From the NCBI GenBank assembly GCA_951406725.2, contig OX597818.1, forward strand, positions 26,288,001 to 26,352,000: a stretch of 64,000 nt of DNA, read 5' to 3'. The notes below the pieces were generated by a model that did no database searches, had not been told where the DNA came from, and was given only the letters and a program-made list of their open reading frames with translations. Each line of letters starts with the position of its first letter. Position 1 is the first letter of the stretch. The position numbers and the translations under genes were made by a program. Source of the stretch: Octopus vulgaris. Its lineage: Eukaryota. This document shows positions 1 to 12,769 of this stretch, in pieces.

Positions 1-1537
1 TAAGGTGCCTATGTAAAAAATGCTATCAGCTTTAGGGAGCTGTCCAAGTATTTGAGATAATCTATTTCACATGCTTGTGTCAGGCCATTTATGTTACTGG
101 TTGGATGTAGTCCAGGACAACCTACTGCAAGGTCAGGTCACTGCTAACTAAACCAGCTCCTTCATAGGCTTATCTAGTGAGATGGGTTGCTACAAACCCA
201 GCAGAATAAGAACAATACCTATCAAAAAGAGATAAATTTAACATAGGAACAATATCTAGCATTAGCACAGGGACTTAGAAATTCCAGGTTAGTGTTCAGT
301 ATGATGTAAAACAATAGAGAGTAGGGTGCTCTTTAGCATTTAAAGCATGTCTCTAAGAGAAAGTACTACTATGTGCAATTACACCAAAGGATAGGCAGTC
401 TGGACTCAGCATCCAAATTAGGAAGATTTGAATATAAATGAGGCTTAGGAGTACTTGCAAAAAGGTAAAGTCTACGAGAGTCAACCTGACAGTAAATTAG
501 GCCAGAAAAGGATTCAAGCCCTACTGGCTCTATCAAAAAGAGAGCATAATGATGCAACAAATGAATGATAGTTGGGTCTGAAACACCCTAACTCTCAGCC
601 ATAAGGATGAGAATATTCATTTATTTCACATGTGTTATGCTATATATACTGCATACAAAGTTAACCTTCTCTATTAGTTTGCCTGTGATCCCACTATGCT
701 TTTTGTGTGTCCATAGTTTACAATGGGTACACCATATAAAGTTTCTAATGTTTCTTTTTCTGCATTACAAGTAAAGCCCTTTCCCTGATGGCAGCAGAAT
801 TTTTAAGTCATAGGTTTACTCCACTGAGCTAACATGGGGTGATATGGCATATATTCATGTCAATGAAAATAAAGTGTAGATTGAATAATACATAAACTGA
901 AACAAGGAAAATTTTTTTTTAAATCAAGGAAGGAACATAACTAAACAAGCTGACATTGTCATTGTTTTGAGAAAGAGCATCTATGTGGTCACTTGTTCTA
1001 CTAGAAATAGTAGTCACACATCCCTCAGATCATCTTTGCACATATGTGTGTATGTATATACACATAAATATAGATAGATATATAGATATACACACACACA
1101 CACACATACATCAAAACTTCAGCATCTACCCACATCCACTGAAATAAACTGAAGATTAATCAACAAATAAACCAAAACAAGAAAGTAAAAAAATTAAAAG
1201 TGTTCATAACTAAATTATTTGATGATGAAGTTGTTTAGCAAGAATGTTTCCAAGTGGTTGCTCAAAATATGAGAAATACCACCTACAATAGACACAGGTA
1301 TGGTTCAGAAATGTGTGATGACTGAGTGACTGCAGGGCATCTGCAGTGATTAGAGAAGAAGGTTCAGGTATAGAAGATAATGGAAGCACAGAACATAAAC
1401 TGAATTTAAAAAAACAAGCAGAAAATGTTAAACTGATTCAAACATCATGTAAATTCAAACTAGCAATTCCATTATTTCTAGTAGAAAGGGAAGAGCTGTC
1501 ATTTATGGTTTAGTGTTAAAAAAAAAAAAAAAGTAAC

Positions 1538-1687
1538 CTTTTATTTCTAGAGGAGTAAGTTCATCTTCCTTCATTTCCTCCCCTTTAGAATTCACGGCAT
1601 CAGCTGTGTGATCAGTATCAGGAAAATTAGCTGAATCAACATCTGAATTGAGATCTGCTGTATTTAAAGCTTCATTGGACGGTTCAT
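1538..1687 (-). CDS. Gene A (secretory-pathway protein, possibly SEL1L/Hrd3-like), coding exon 3; gene continues left of the window
   Basis: Minus strand: TTTTTTTGCTTAG acceptor, AAG|GTTACT donor, 150 nt phase 1-1, open frame (H)EPSNEALNTADLNSDVDSANFPDTDHTADAVNSKGEEMKEDELTPLEIK joining the 2396-2758 exon in frame. Confidence 0.8.
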
Positions 1688-2395
1688 CTAAGCAAAAAAA
1701 AAGAATTTTAATAAATAAAAAGTCAAAAATTTTTTACCAAAAATAAAAATAAAATTAGTTTGGTTTGATTTGCTTTGGATTAATGGTGATTCCTAATTGA
1801 CCATTCTAATTTCAGAGTCTAATTTGTTTAATCTTTTTAATATCAATTTGCATGAGACTCTCATAAGAAAGCTAGTATACGATTGTCTGTGTGATCCTGC
1901 AAGCTCATACAAGGATGGCTTAGCTATGACTGGAGTCCCTTTGATAGTAGATAGGCTTGATCAGGATTGACCTAGAGCTGAAGAAGAATACATGCTCAGC
2001 AGCATTTAACTCAGCTTGCTAGCTAATCCACTGTCATGTAGACTCAATTTGCAAAACATCTGCTCCCTTGCAAGATGGAATTTTGAAAGGGGAGGGGGGC
2101 ATTGGAGGAGGTGATCTTGTGTCAGATGATGGAACATTAGAGTGTGACAGAGAGACAGAAACAAGAGTCAAGAGGAGGTACATGGTTATCTGACAGAGAG
2201 AGAGAGCTTTTTATCAATAAACATATATTTGTAATTTATCCAAGACTTCAGAACTTCTCCCTAACCAAACATTGCTTTTAAAGAATGAAAATATTTTTTC
2301 AGCAAAGTATTATTTATATAAACTTTCTTTTCATATATGATGGCACAAAATAACAGACATCCAACAAAAATAAAAAAATTAAAATTCTATATTAC

Positions 2396-2758
2396 GTGAA
2401 ATTTCATTGGTATCTTGATTTTGTTGATTAACTACAGTTTCATGCAGTGTTTCAGAGTCTGGATTGAACTCAGAACGAAATTCTTGGCTATCTGAGGGAA
2501 GTTGGGAATCTTGAAAGATTTCAAATTCTTTATGAACAGCTGTGTTCTGGTGGTCTGATATTTCTTGTTGATCTGGTTCTTGTTGATCTAAATCTTTTTG
2601 GCCTAATGAGTTCTGATGAGCAATAATATCTTCAAAGTCTTCTGTATTTTGAGGGTTATTATGACTATTATGAGAATCTTGTTCATGAATTGTATTTAAA
2701 TTAGCTTCTTTATCTTCAAAAAATGTATTTTGTTCAAATTTTTGGTTTTGTTTTTCAC
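2396..2758 (-). CDS. Gene A coding exon 2, acidic/Gln/Asn-rich low-complexity segment
   Basis: TTTTATATTTTCTTAG acceptor, CAC|GTAATA donor, 363 nt phase 1-1, no stops in AT-rich DNA: GEKQNQKFEQNTFFEDKEANLNTIHEQDSHNSHNNPQNTEDFEDII...QDTNEIS. Confidence 0.85.
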
Positions 2759-3117
2759 CTAAGAAAATATAAAACCCATAAAAAAATACATTAAATAGAT
2801 TTTTAAAACAAATGTAATTTCATAATGTTGGAACATCATTAAATCTAACTTGTTATAATCAATAAGCATTTAGTATTTAATCTTTCATCACTTAAATTTA
2901 TTGATTTAACTAACCAGGATTTCAATTTTAGGGTTTTTGTTAACTGAATCCCAGTAACTTTACTGCTATTTATTTTGAGGACTGGAGAGAAATGACATGC
3001 AAAGTTAATCACCACAGAATTTGATCATATAACTAAAATATTTAGATCTACAATATAAATAAATATATTAAGACATATCAATACACATTCTTGGCTATCT
3101 TCACTATGTATTATCAG

Positions 3118-3760
3118 ATCATCATCATCATTTACTATCCCTTGTCCATGCTGGCATGGTTTGGATGGTTTGACCAGGGTTGAAAAGCTAAGAGGCTGCA
3201 CCAGACTCCAGTCTGATTTAGCATGGTTTCTATTACTGGATGCCCTTCCTAATGCCAACCATTAATATAAAACAAAATATAACTAGTCACTAAACATGAA
3301 TAAAATTATTTAAAAATAAAATTCAACAGCAGCAGCAGCTGCCGCCGCCATCATCATCATCGTTTAGCGTCCGCTTTCCATGCTAGCATGGATTGGATGG
3401 TTCAACTTGGGTCTGGGAAGCCAGAAGGCTGCACCAGGCCCAGTCTGATCTGGCAATGTTTCTCTGGCTGGATGCTCTTCCTAACGCCAACCACTCCGTG
3501 AGTGTAGTGGGTGCTTATTACGTGCCAGACGAGGCTGGCAAATGGCCACGATCGGATGGTGCTTTATACGTGCCACCGACACGAGGCCAGTCGGGACGGT
3601 GCTGGCAATGGCCACATTCAGATGGTTCTCTTACATACCACCGGCACTGGTATCACAGCTGCAATTTCCACTGATGTTGATCGATTTTGATTTTGATTTT
3701 GGATTTTCACTTGCCTCAACAGGTCTTCACAAGTAGAGTTTTGTGTCCCAAGAAGTAGAT
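3118..3760 (-). mobile_element. Two 5'-truncated RTE LINE 3'-UTR copies with (GAT)n tails
   Basis: (CAT)n followed by CGTTTA.CGTCCGCTTTCCATGCTAGCATGG...GGATGCCCTTCCTAACGCCAACC, the same sequence that follows the RTE ORF at 56160-56580. Confidence 0.8.
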
Positions 3761-4699
3761 ATGAATTTATAGCTTTGTATCAACAAAAAGAAGTGTAATA
3801 TGACTATGTAAAAAGCAAAATATTTTCCTTAACTACTGCCACTTCCATGCCAAATAACTTTTCTTTGCCATAGACTACAAGGATGCATAGAATGGATACC
3901 CAACAGTACTTTCATAGGGTTAAGTAAATGAGAGATAAATGTTTCACTGGATAGGATGCTGGAATGTTACAAATAACTTTTTCTATACAATGAATTGAAC
4001 TTCAAGCCAACAAACTACAGTGTTGCCACTCCTTACAATAACAAGCCACACAATCTGAGACACCTACTTAAAGCTAAATGAACACCTTTTTTGAGTATGA
4101 GATGCTTTTATCACAAATGTGCTAATGACAATGGCATAATCTGTTGAATTCCCTGGCAGTTAACTACAACCACATCAAATTAGCCATTCATGTTCTTTTA
4201 GAACACTTGACAAGAATGCCAAATACTAGGGTAATATATAAGTGTTCTCATCATGAACCAACATTTGTTTCTCCATTCTGATACTGGGTTGATTGATTTT
4301 CAAAGGAAATCTTTTCTCACGTCCATCATTTGTTGGTATTTGCTTGGATCATCTGAGTAGTGTCCAATCAGTCCCCATCTCTGTAAGATGCTTCCTCATC
4401 TGCCATGACCAATGTGACATGTGACCAACCAACGCAAGCTATCACCCCAACCAGATCCTTAGAGAAGCAAACATTAATTGAAAGAAACAGAGTATCTCAA
4501 CAGGAATATGGTCACAAAAGGGTTAAAGAGTTATCTTAACAATTTATGAGTCCTTCTATAACTGACTATGCCTATACATTTGAAATCCTGAACCTCAGTC
4601 GGATTGGTAAATATACCAATTACTTGCACTGAGTATACAGCATTGATTTGTTATCATATTTATATATTTCTACATATTTAGCAAAACCACTTCTAAGAG

Positions 4700-5130
4700 G
4701 ATGCTAAGATTTTGTGCTCTCAGTTACCCAGTACAAATTGTCTATTCATATTATAACAAAAAATATATATTTTTTACAAAATGTTTTAATACATTTGTTC
4801 AATTCATACTAGAATATACCTCTCAAGTTTGGTCCCCATGTTTTAAGAGAAATATTCATATAATCCAATGTATCAAAAACCAGTTTGCTCACAGAATTTC
4901 TCAAGTAAAATATGAGTCACACCTATTTCGTTTGTTTAACAACTAAATCAGGATATGTTAGATTCAGCTGTAAAATTAAAGCAGACCTTTTCATGGTCTA
5001 CATGATTGTATATGGTCATATCAACTAATGGAATTAAATTAATTCAAGAATATAATTATTTAAACAATTGAAAAAATTACTTTTTCCCTTGATCACTGAA
5101 AATTTGGAATGCTTTGGAATTTATTGTAAT
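4700..5130 (+). mobile_element. Decayed CR1/L2-like LINE 3' fragment
   Basis: FNTFVQFILEYTSQVWSPCFKRNIHIIQCIKNQFAHRI resembles the post-RT motif Y..FVRP.LEY...VWSP....I..LE.VQ of CR1-type LINEs. Confidence 0.7.
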
Positions 5131-5418
5131 TTTAACTTCAACATTTCATAAAATTCTTATTGAGTTGGTCTTCTTTGGAGCAAATGAGTTGGGGTGTTTC
5201 CATTACATGGATTGCCTTTGACTCAAAGTGTGCATGTGTGTGAAGGGTTTCTACCAAATTCACCTCACACATTATTGGTTGACTAGAGGGCAAGACACTA
5301 TGCAGTGGAATCAAAATACAATGTATGATGATGATGTATTCTTTGAATAATTTTTTCATTTGGTAATTTTTTTTTTTTTTTTAAGATAATGAATTAAAAT
5401 TTAACAAACTCTACTTGC

Positions 5419-5593
5419 CTTCATCTACTTCTGGTTTAACATTTTCTGAATTTTTAGATTCTGCAGGAGTGTGTAACTGATCATCTTGATGAAGGTGTCT
5501 GTGTGCATTATCTGCACAAACAATGATTTCACAAAGCACAATATATAAAACTGTGCCAAGGAAACACTTGAGACGTAAACTGGTTTTTAACAT
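5419..5593 (-). CDS. Gene A coding exon 1 with signal peptide (exon acceptor at 5619)
   Basis: MLKTSLRLKCFLGTVLYIVLCEIIVCA-DNAHRH... has a basic n-region, hydrophobic h-region and V-C-A cleavage-like motif. Acceptor TTTTTCTTTAG at 5620; phase-1 donor AAG|GCAAGT matches the phase of the next exon. Confidence 0.8.
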
Positions 5594-5687
5594 TGTATCA
5601 GCTAGGGAAATCAGGAACTCTAAAGAAAAATAGATATAAAATTTATATACAATATATAAAATATATATATGTTATAATTATTTGCCA

Positions 5688-6210
5688 GATTCAATTGAAT
5701 CAAGGTATTTTAATAACAAAGGCACCAAGGTAGAGTCAAGGACAGCATACTCATATATCAACAGTGTGTACAGACTCACGTACTTACTAGAGCATGTGGG
5801 AATTTGTCCTTCCAGTTACGCATACATCCACAAGTATTGACCAAGTACACTCAATGTATACATAAAATCACACAAGGGTATATTCCAGCATGAGGTCCAC
5901 TGTAGGCTCAAGATCCAATGCAGGGAAGGTTCCAAGTGTGGTGTAATATAAATGAAAATGCAAATGGGCTGAGGTTCACTACAGCTGATTCAGATGTATT
6001 TTTTATTGATGAGCAAATCAATTACAACCTGTAAAAAAAACGTTTCCTTCAGGTGAATTATAATTAAAATTAGATTTAACATTTAGGATTTTTCACACAA
6101 ACAGTATAGAATGCACATTAACTTGCACATCTCAGTGCTGGTTGAAAGAAATGTTAAAATTATTTTTAATTCACCTGAAAAAAATGTTTTTTTTTACATG
6201 ATGTATATAT
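5688..6210 (-). mobile_element. Hammerhead-bearing repeat (Penelope-like/retrozyme-like), same family as 18810-19305
   Basis: About 330 bp similar to 18810-19135; degenerate hammerhead at 6057-5975; partial inverted duplication near 6165-6200. Confidence 0.6.
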
Positions 6211-6611
6211 TATATCTATATATATTTTGGACATCAGTGTAAAAACATTTACATTTGGTTACATACACATGCACTCGCCTCCTCCTCTTTGCTTTAATGT
6301 CCAATTTTCCATGCAAGCATGGGTCAGACAAAATTCACCAAGACAACTTTTCTACAACTAGATGCTGTCTTTGTTGTCAACCTTCACTTGTTTCCAAGCA
6401 AAGTTAATATCTCCCCTAGTTCTTCAAACAGGATCAGTACAAAGATCGGACATATTTTTGTAACAGATTGCAAACAAACACCACCATTCATTTCACAGTG
6501 ACACTTATTTACAACTGGCATGCAATATCAAGGCAAGAAGACACACAAACTTACACTCAAATATACAGTAACATACTCATACACAGGTGCACGTGCACAC
6601 AGACACACACA

Positions 6612-7345
6612 AATGGCTTCTTTCAGTTTCCATCTACCAAATCCACTCCTAAGGCTTTTCTTGGCTTAGGGCTTTAATAGAGACATTTGCCCAACATGCT
6701 GTACACTGGAACTAAACCTGAAACCCTGTGCTTGCAAAGTAAATTTCTTAACCACACAGCCATGCCTGTGCCTATAACAAGGAAAAGTTGCATGTGTGTG
6801 TTTGAGAAGATGTTATTTTTATATTCATCCATCCATTTTTTCCGTTCGCTATTCGTAGAAATCAAGCTTCTTACCATACAACCATGCCTAACATAGAAAG
6901 CATGAACTTTTAGAATATTACATTTCAAACTTATCTTCATAAAACATGTATTTCAGAATATACAACAATTAACCAGACATGGCTGTGTGGTAAGAAACTT
7001 GCTTTCCAACCACATAATTCCGGGTTCAATCCCACTGTATCGCATCTTGGGCAAGTGTATTTTACTATAGCCTCAGGCTAACCAAAGCCTTGTGAGTGAA
7101 TTTGGTAGAAGGAAACTGAAAGAAGTCTATTGTGTATGGTGTGTGTGTGTGTGCGCGCGCATATTTATGTCATCATTACTTGACAATCAGTGTTAGTGTG
7201 TTTACATTCATGTCAGCAAGAGAGGCTAACAGAATAAGTACCAGGGTTAAAAAAGAAAAACGTACTTGGGTTGATTCACTTACACTAAAATTCTGCAAGG
7301 TGGTGCCCCAAAATGGCCACAGTCTAAATATTGAAACAAGTAAAT
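6612..7345. mobile_element. tRNA-headed SINE family 1, head-to-head pair (6612-6770 -, 6977-7345 +); other copies near 8150-8305, 9700-9800, 10690-10800, 18097-18240, 32857-33010, 48285-48380, 49960-50115, 61570-61700
   Basis: Recurring GGCATGGCTGTGTGGTAAGAAG (A box)...GGTTCAATCCC (B box)...TTGGGCAAGTGTCTTCTACTATAGCC...CCAAAGCCTTGTGAGTGGATTTGGTAGA. Confidence 0.8.
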
Positions 7346-8308
7346 ATACACATGTATGATACGAGTAATTTTGTGTAATTTACCTGCGTTACTGATGACA
7401 TTAAAATTCAAATATATGACAAACAAATATTTGAATTGGAGAAAAATATGGGCTGCTTCTAAGAGAATCTAACTAAATAAGGAATTAAATATTGAAATTT
7501 TCTTTTCTACATTACAGTGAGAATGTTCAACAAATTGACAGGATAATTGCAGCTCAAGTAACAGGGAGATGAATATAAGTGGTACAGAGGATTGGACAGA
7601 GTGAGTGGGCAGGTAAGTTTGTGGGGGTATTAAAGGAATGTAGGAGATTGAGAAGAAGGGAATGCTACAAGTGAACACAGGCAGACAGAGATAGTGTTCG
7701 GAAGATGAGTTATGGGGTGGAGAGATTTGTTAGGGACAGATTGTGTGCAGGTAAATTTTAGGTTGTCCCACTGCACAGAACTTTAGGTATGCATCTCTTA
7801 TTATAACCTCTGGCCAGCCAATACTACCAAGTGACTTTTGTAGATGGAAGCAGTAGGAAACCGTTGTTTATATAGCATCATTATCATTAACATCACTTTA
7901 GTGTCCACTTTTTCATGTTTGCATGGTTTAGACAAAATTAGTTGAGGCAGATATTTTATGGCTGGATGCTCTTCCAGTCACTTACCTTCACCTTTTTCAA
8001 AGCAAAACTGAACATGTTTTCACATGATTTTCCAATGGCTGAACATGTTTTCTCAGAACTTTGGGTATAAAGGACACTGCTGTATGACAGTAATGCTTGT
8101 ATATAACTAGTGTACAATGTCAAGACAAAGACACACACAACACACATACACTAAAGGCTTCTTTGAGTTTCTGTCAACCAAATCCACTTACAAAGATTTC
8201 ATAAGCTCAGCACTATAGTAGAGGACTTGCTCAAGGCAATGCAAAGTGGGACTGAATCCAAAACCATGTAATTGGAAAGCAAACACCTTAACCACAGAGC
8301 CATGCTCA

Positions 8309-8311
<3 letters not shown>

Positions 8312-8359
<48 letters not shown>

Positions 8360-8400
8360 GCTCAGATATATGTGCATGTGTATATACACACACACATACA
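8312..8400. repeat. (GT)n/(TA)n/(CA)n microsatellite; similar tracts at 20168-20220, 23268-23289, 35349-35372, 56582-56608
   Basis: Directly visible dinucleotide runs. Confidence 0.95.
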
Positions 8401-8879
8401 CATTGTTGTATTGAACAGTGTTTATTATAACTGCACACAATCCTTTAATCTCAAAACTTTACAACTGAATACCCAAGCTGTGACAGTGAACTTATATACA
8501 CTCATACACATAAATATACATGGATATGCATATACATATTTACATATACATACATGCATTACAGACACATACATACTCAAGCATATATACATATACACAC
8601 AGAGTCATGTGAAAACAATGTTTATTCAAATACAGTTATATCCACATGTAATTCTCTTTACACACAGAAGTTTTATCAACTAAATAGCCAAGCTGTTACC
8701 TTATACCTAGACTGATGAATCATTTGTAAGCACAGAATGCATACAGAACATTAGCTTAAGAATAGTATCTAATCTCCAGAAAACAAATTGGTTTCATTCC
8801 TTTCTTTATTGATGAACTAATCTAACACCATTTACTATGCTTGTTCCAGAATCCATTGTCAAATCACACTCCATATTAA

Positions 8880-9099
8880 TCCTTTAGCATTCAGATTACT
8901 CTGTCAAATGTAATACTTATTTATTCACACTGTTTTGAATTAATCATACATCATCTTGGAGGTTTGAGATTTCAACGATGTGATTGTTTAATTTTAGAGT
9001 GACCTTACTGGTTAGGTGTGAGAGGCTGGATCTGACCAGTTTGAACATCAAACAGGCAGAATATCTGAGCCAGATATGGCCAGTATAAATGCGAAAGAG
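8880..9099. mobile_element. piggyBac-type MITE with TTAA target sites; inverted sister copy at 10271-10435
   Basis: TTAA|TCCTTTAGCATT...AATGCGAAAGAG|TTAA; the internal sequence is the reverse complement of 10271-10435, also TTAA-flanked. Confidence 0.7.
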
Positions 9100-9133
9100 T
9101 TAACAGAGTATGAAATATCATTTAAAAGCTTAC

Positions 9134-9318
9134 AGAATTGATTCTGCATTTTGTTCGCTCTGGATATTGTGTTATCTAATTTTACCAGGTGGCATTCTCA
9201 GTTTACCCTTAAGTGTTATTGTTTGCTTGAGATATAAATCTATCTTGCTTTGGTTTATTGTTTCTTCTACACTGATACCAAACTGTGCAGCAGTTACAGG
9301 AGACATTATTGTTTTTGC
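9134..9318 (-). other. Putative upstream exon of gene A (5'UTR or alternative N-terminus)
   Basis: Non-repetitive island between repeats. Acceptor CTTTGACAG at 9319; candidate donors TCT|GTAAGC (9134) and CTG|GTAAAA (9186). Confidence 0.4.
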
Positions 9319-11159
9319 CTGTCAAAGCAGATGAACTAAGAAGTTTCCTGAGTTAAGGATTGTTCAATAACTCAAAAGCATGTCGCTTAAAAATGCTATA
9401 ATAGAACCCTTATTCAATAAATCATCATCATAGTTTAATGTTTGCTTTTTCATGTTTGCATAGTTCAAATGGAATTTGCTAAGGCAGGCTTTTCTTGGCT
9501 GGATGCCCTTCCTGTTGCTAACCTTCAGCTGTTTTCAAGCCAGGTAATATTTCTCCAATGGATAGATATGTTTTACATGGAAAACTGGAAACAAAAACGC
9601 TTGTATAATAGTGATACTCATTTACAGTCATCACATGATGTCAAGACAAAGGTAAACACACATAATACATATACATACATATATGATAAAGTTTCAATCA
9701 GGTCTATAGCAGAAGACACTTGCCCAGGGTGCTGTACAGTGAGACTGAACCTAAGACCACATAGTTGGGGAAGCAAGCTTCTTAACCACACAGCCGCCAT
9801 TTTAACACTTGCAAACCTTTCTCTCTGAAATTCTATTTGGTTTTTGGAAGATATGGTGATATTTTTGTTTTGTTCTTCATTTGACCTTATTAAGCCATTG
9901 ATTATCACAAAATTCACAGGCATTGTTAGACATCCATTCTTCTGGGATATTGACCTGCTTACCTGTTTCTTTTTTTATTCTTAACTCCAATTACTTTTGG
10001 CCACTCACAGTATGTATTAATGAATATTAAGAACAGTTCATAATTCTTTACATAAGCATAAGCCATAAGAACACATCAAAACTTTAGTTTCTTTAGGCTG
10101 TGTCTGCACCATGTGAGGAATCCTGCTTATATTCTAACAGCCATCCTCACCATAACCTGGCCACCATGCATCTAATTTCAATCCATTCCTTTTAACCACA
10201 GAGCTACAATGTACCTCATTAAACAGGTTGATCAAACAATTCTCCTTCCACCCATTTTCCAATGACTTAACCATTTTACATTTAAACCAGCCAGATCCAG
10301 GCCAAATATTCTGTTTTATGTTCAAACTGGCCTGGTCTGACCTCTCACACCTACCCTACAATGTCATTCTAAAACAATATCACCAAACTCTCAAAGCTAT
10401 AAGATATTACATTTAGCAATCTGCATCATAAAGAGTTAAATGGCCTTTCAAAAACAGAACAAGTACTTCAATTATTTTTTTGTTTTTACTTGTTTCAGTC
10501 ATTACACTGTGGCCATGCTGGAGCACCACCTTGAGGAATTTTAGTCACATGAATTGACCTCAATACTTTTATTTTTAAGCCTGGTACTTATTCTATTGGT
10601 CTCTTTTGCTGAGCCACTAAGTTTTGGAGAGGTAAACACACCAAGATCAGTTGTCAAGCAGTGGTGGGGGTCAAACACTCACACGCACACAAGAGGCTTC
10701 TTTCAGTTTCTGTCTACCAAACCTACTCACAAGGTTTTGGTCAGCCCGGGGATATAGTTGAAGACACTTGCCCAAGGTGCCATGTAGTGGAACTGAATTC
10801 ATATAAGATTTTAGGGGCTCCATACAGCAAAATAGTAAATTAGGAATCCACAATAATACTTTAAGGGCCCTTGAAAAAAAACTTTTGCTTTAGATATTGG
10901 TGTGTATTGCAAGAAACAGCTAGGTTTCTTTCTCTAATATTTTACATAGTTCAACCTACACAAGTTAATGTAAAACAAAATAGCAATTTTGAAAGACGTT
11001 TCTATAAAACTAGTTTTTAAATATCGAATGGCTATGAGTCCACCAGAATAGAATAGTAATTTAAAAGGATTCATAGATAAAAAAAAATGATAAAGAACTT
11101 TTGCTTTGGAGGAACCATAATTTCTTGCCAAAATAGTAGCTATGGTCTGAGACAAATTT

Positions 11160-12680
11160 TAATTTCTGGTTAAGCAGTAAATGGCATACTCTTCAAATAT
11201 ACCATACAATCACCAAGCTTCCTTTCCAATATTTGAATATCTTATTTCATCTGTGGTTGATGCCTTTGACAAATACAATATGGCTATCTTACAAAAGTAT
11301 TCCTGATTCCTGACATAGCCTTTTTACTTGCATCACTTATTAAGGTGCTTCTTTCACCTTCACAGCATCATAAATCTTGCTCACTGGCCTCTATCCAGAC
11401 TTCAGCTTTATATGCTAAAACACCTTCTATTGTTGGATCTTCCATGAAAATTGTACATCATGCTTACAAAGTGGAGATATGAAATCTAAATAATGATTGA
11501 TAAAATTTAAACAAAAATTAACAAAACTAAGAAAATATTCAAATTGCTTTTTGTTCTGTTCTTAAGTAGTTTTTACATCCATAATTCTCACTACTAAATG
11601 ATGATCTAATGATATACACTCTTTTGTAAATCTATATTTCAGAAAGAAACACAAGTCATCAGTCCATCAGATTTAGTTCAATTGATTGCCATATTTGATA
11701 CTTACAACCTTTTTTATGACCTTATCTATGTAGGTTTTCAAGAGTTTTAGCCTCAATACATCAACCAAGTTGATAAACAGTCACATTACCTCATTCCTAA
11801 TATGTTCAACTGCTCTCCAAAAGATAGCACAAGTTGTCATAATTCCATATAGAAGAGATGTCCATCTGATAAGACCCAAGAACTTCTTAAAGACCTTTGT
11901 TAATTAGTTACCTTAACTTCACTTCACTAATAGTTTAATGTATATTGCTAATGGTCTTGTCTCAAAATAGCTTCCTTTGAGAAGAATGTACACCTTAAAA
12001 CTTTTCAATATCTCAAATTGACCTGTAGCTTCAATCATAAATTACTGTTAAATTATAAACATTCAAGTCCATACTAACATGATTTTGTGGGTTTCTTTAA
12101 TGAACAGCAACAAAAATATTCACACCCTCAATTCTCTTATCAATTTCTATTAATGAGTTTAATTTTCCAAAAATTTTAAAGAATGATCCACCAATTTGTT
12201 TTAAATCACACTTTCTTAGTTTTGGTTTATTTAAATTTACCAAAAATTTCTGAGGTATGATAAAGTTGACTACAAATTCACAAAAACAAATTGACTGTCA
12301 CTTTTTCACTCTGTCAAACTACAAACAGCCATGATATGCTTATATGGAAAACTGGAAACAAACATCATCAAAATTAGCCATTCTCTTAATTTTGCATTCT
12401 TTCTCCTCCTAATTCCTCTATAATCACCTCTCCATTAGTAATTGTTCCCCTCATTCTCTATGTCAGTATTGATTGTGAATGTTTGTCCTACTATTGCATT
12501 TGCTAATCATCCTTCCAAAGAGAATGTTTGGGGTTTCCTACATGAAGATACTTGTGAATCATGCTTCATGAGAGTTGATATTTTTGTAGATACACTTCTT
12601 GTAATATTGCCTTATTATGTACATCAGTTTGCATGATAAGCATTAATACATCGACCATTCACCAAAGTTTTGAAATAGCT
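11160..12680 (-). pseudogene. Very decayed LINE-like coding relic
   Basis: Only faint RT-like fragments (e.g. IAILYLSKA, compare LD.SKAFD) among many stops. Confidence 0.25.
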
Positions 12681-12769
12681 GCAAAGATTTATTTACAAGT
12701 TGTAATACATATATATGTAACATCTCATATAAATTGATTCCTTCTATCTATAATTGTTTACCAATCTTG

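Noticed and set aside
369-560. Possible further exon of gene A
   Set aside because: An acceptor-like TTTTTGATAG exists, but no convincing donor or recognisable protein sequence.
6977-7040. tRNA-like A and B boxes (also 34100, 53655, 57570)
   Set aside because: No complete cloverleaf, and each continues into a shared SINE body.
7390-7450. CTGATGA followed by AATTCAAATAT/ATATTTGAATT hairpin and GAAA
   Set aside because: No stem III, cleavage triplet or stem I could be formed.
8246-8683. 145-aa ORF rich in CV/HT/YI
   Set aside because: Translation of microsatellite and SINE sequence.
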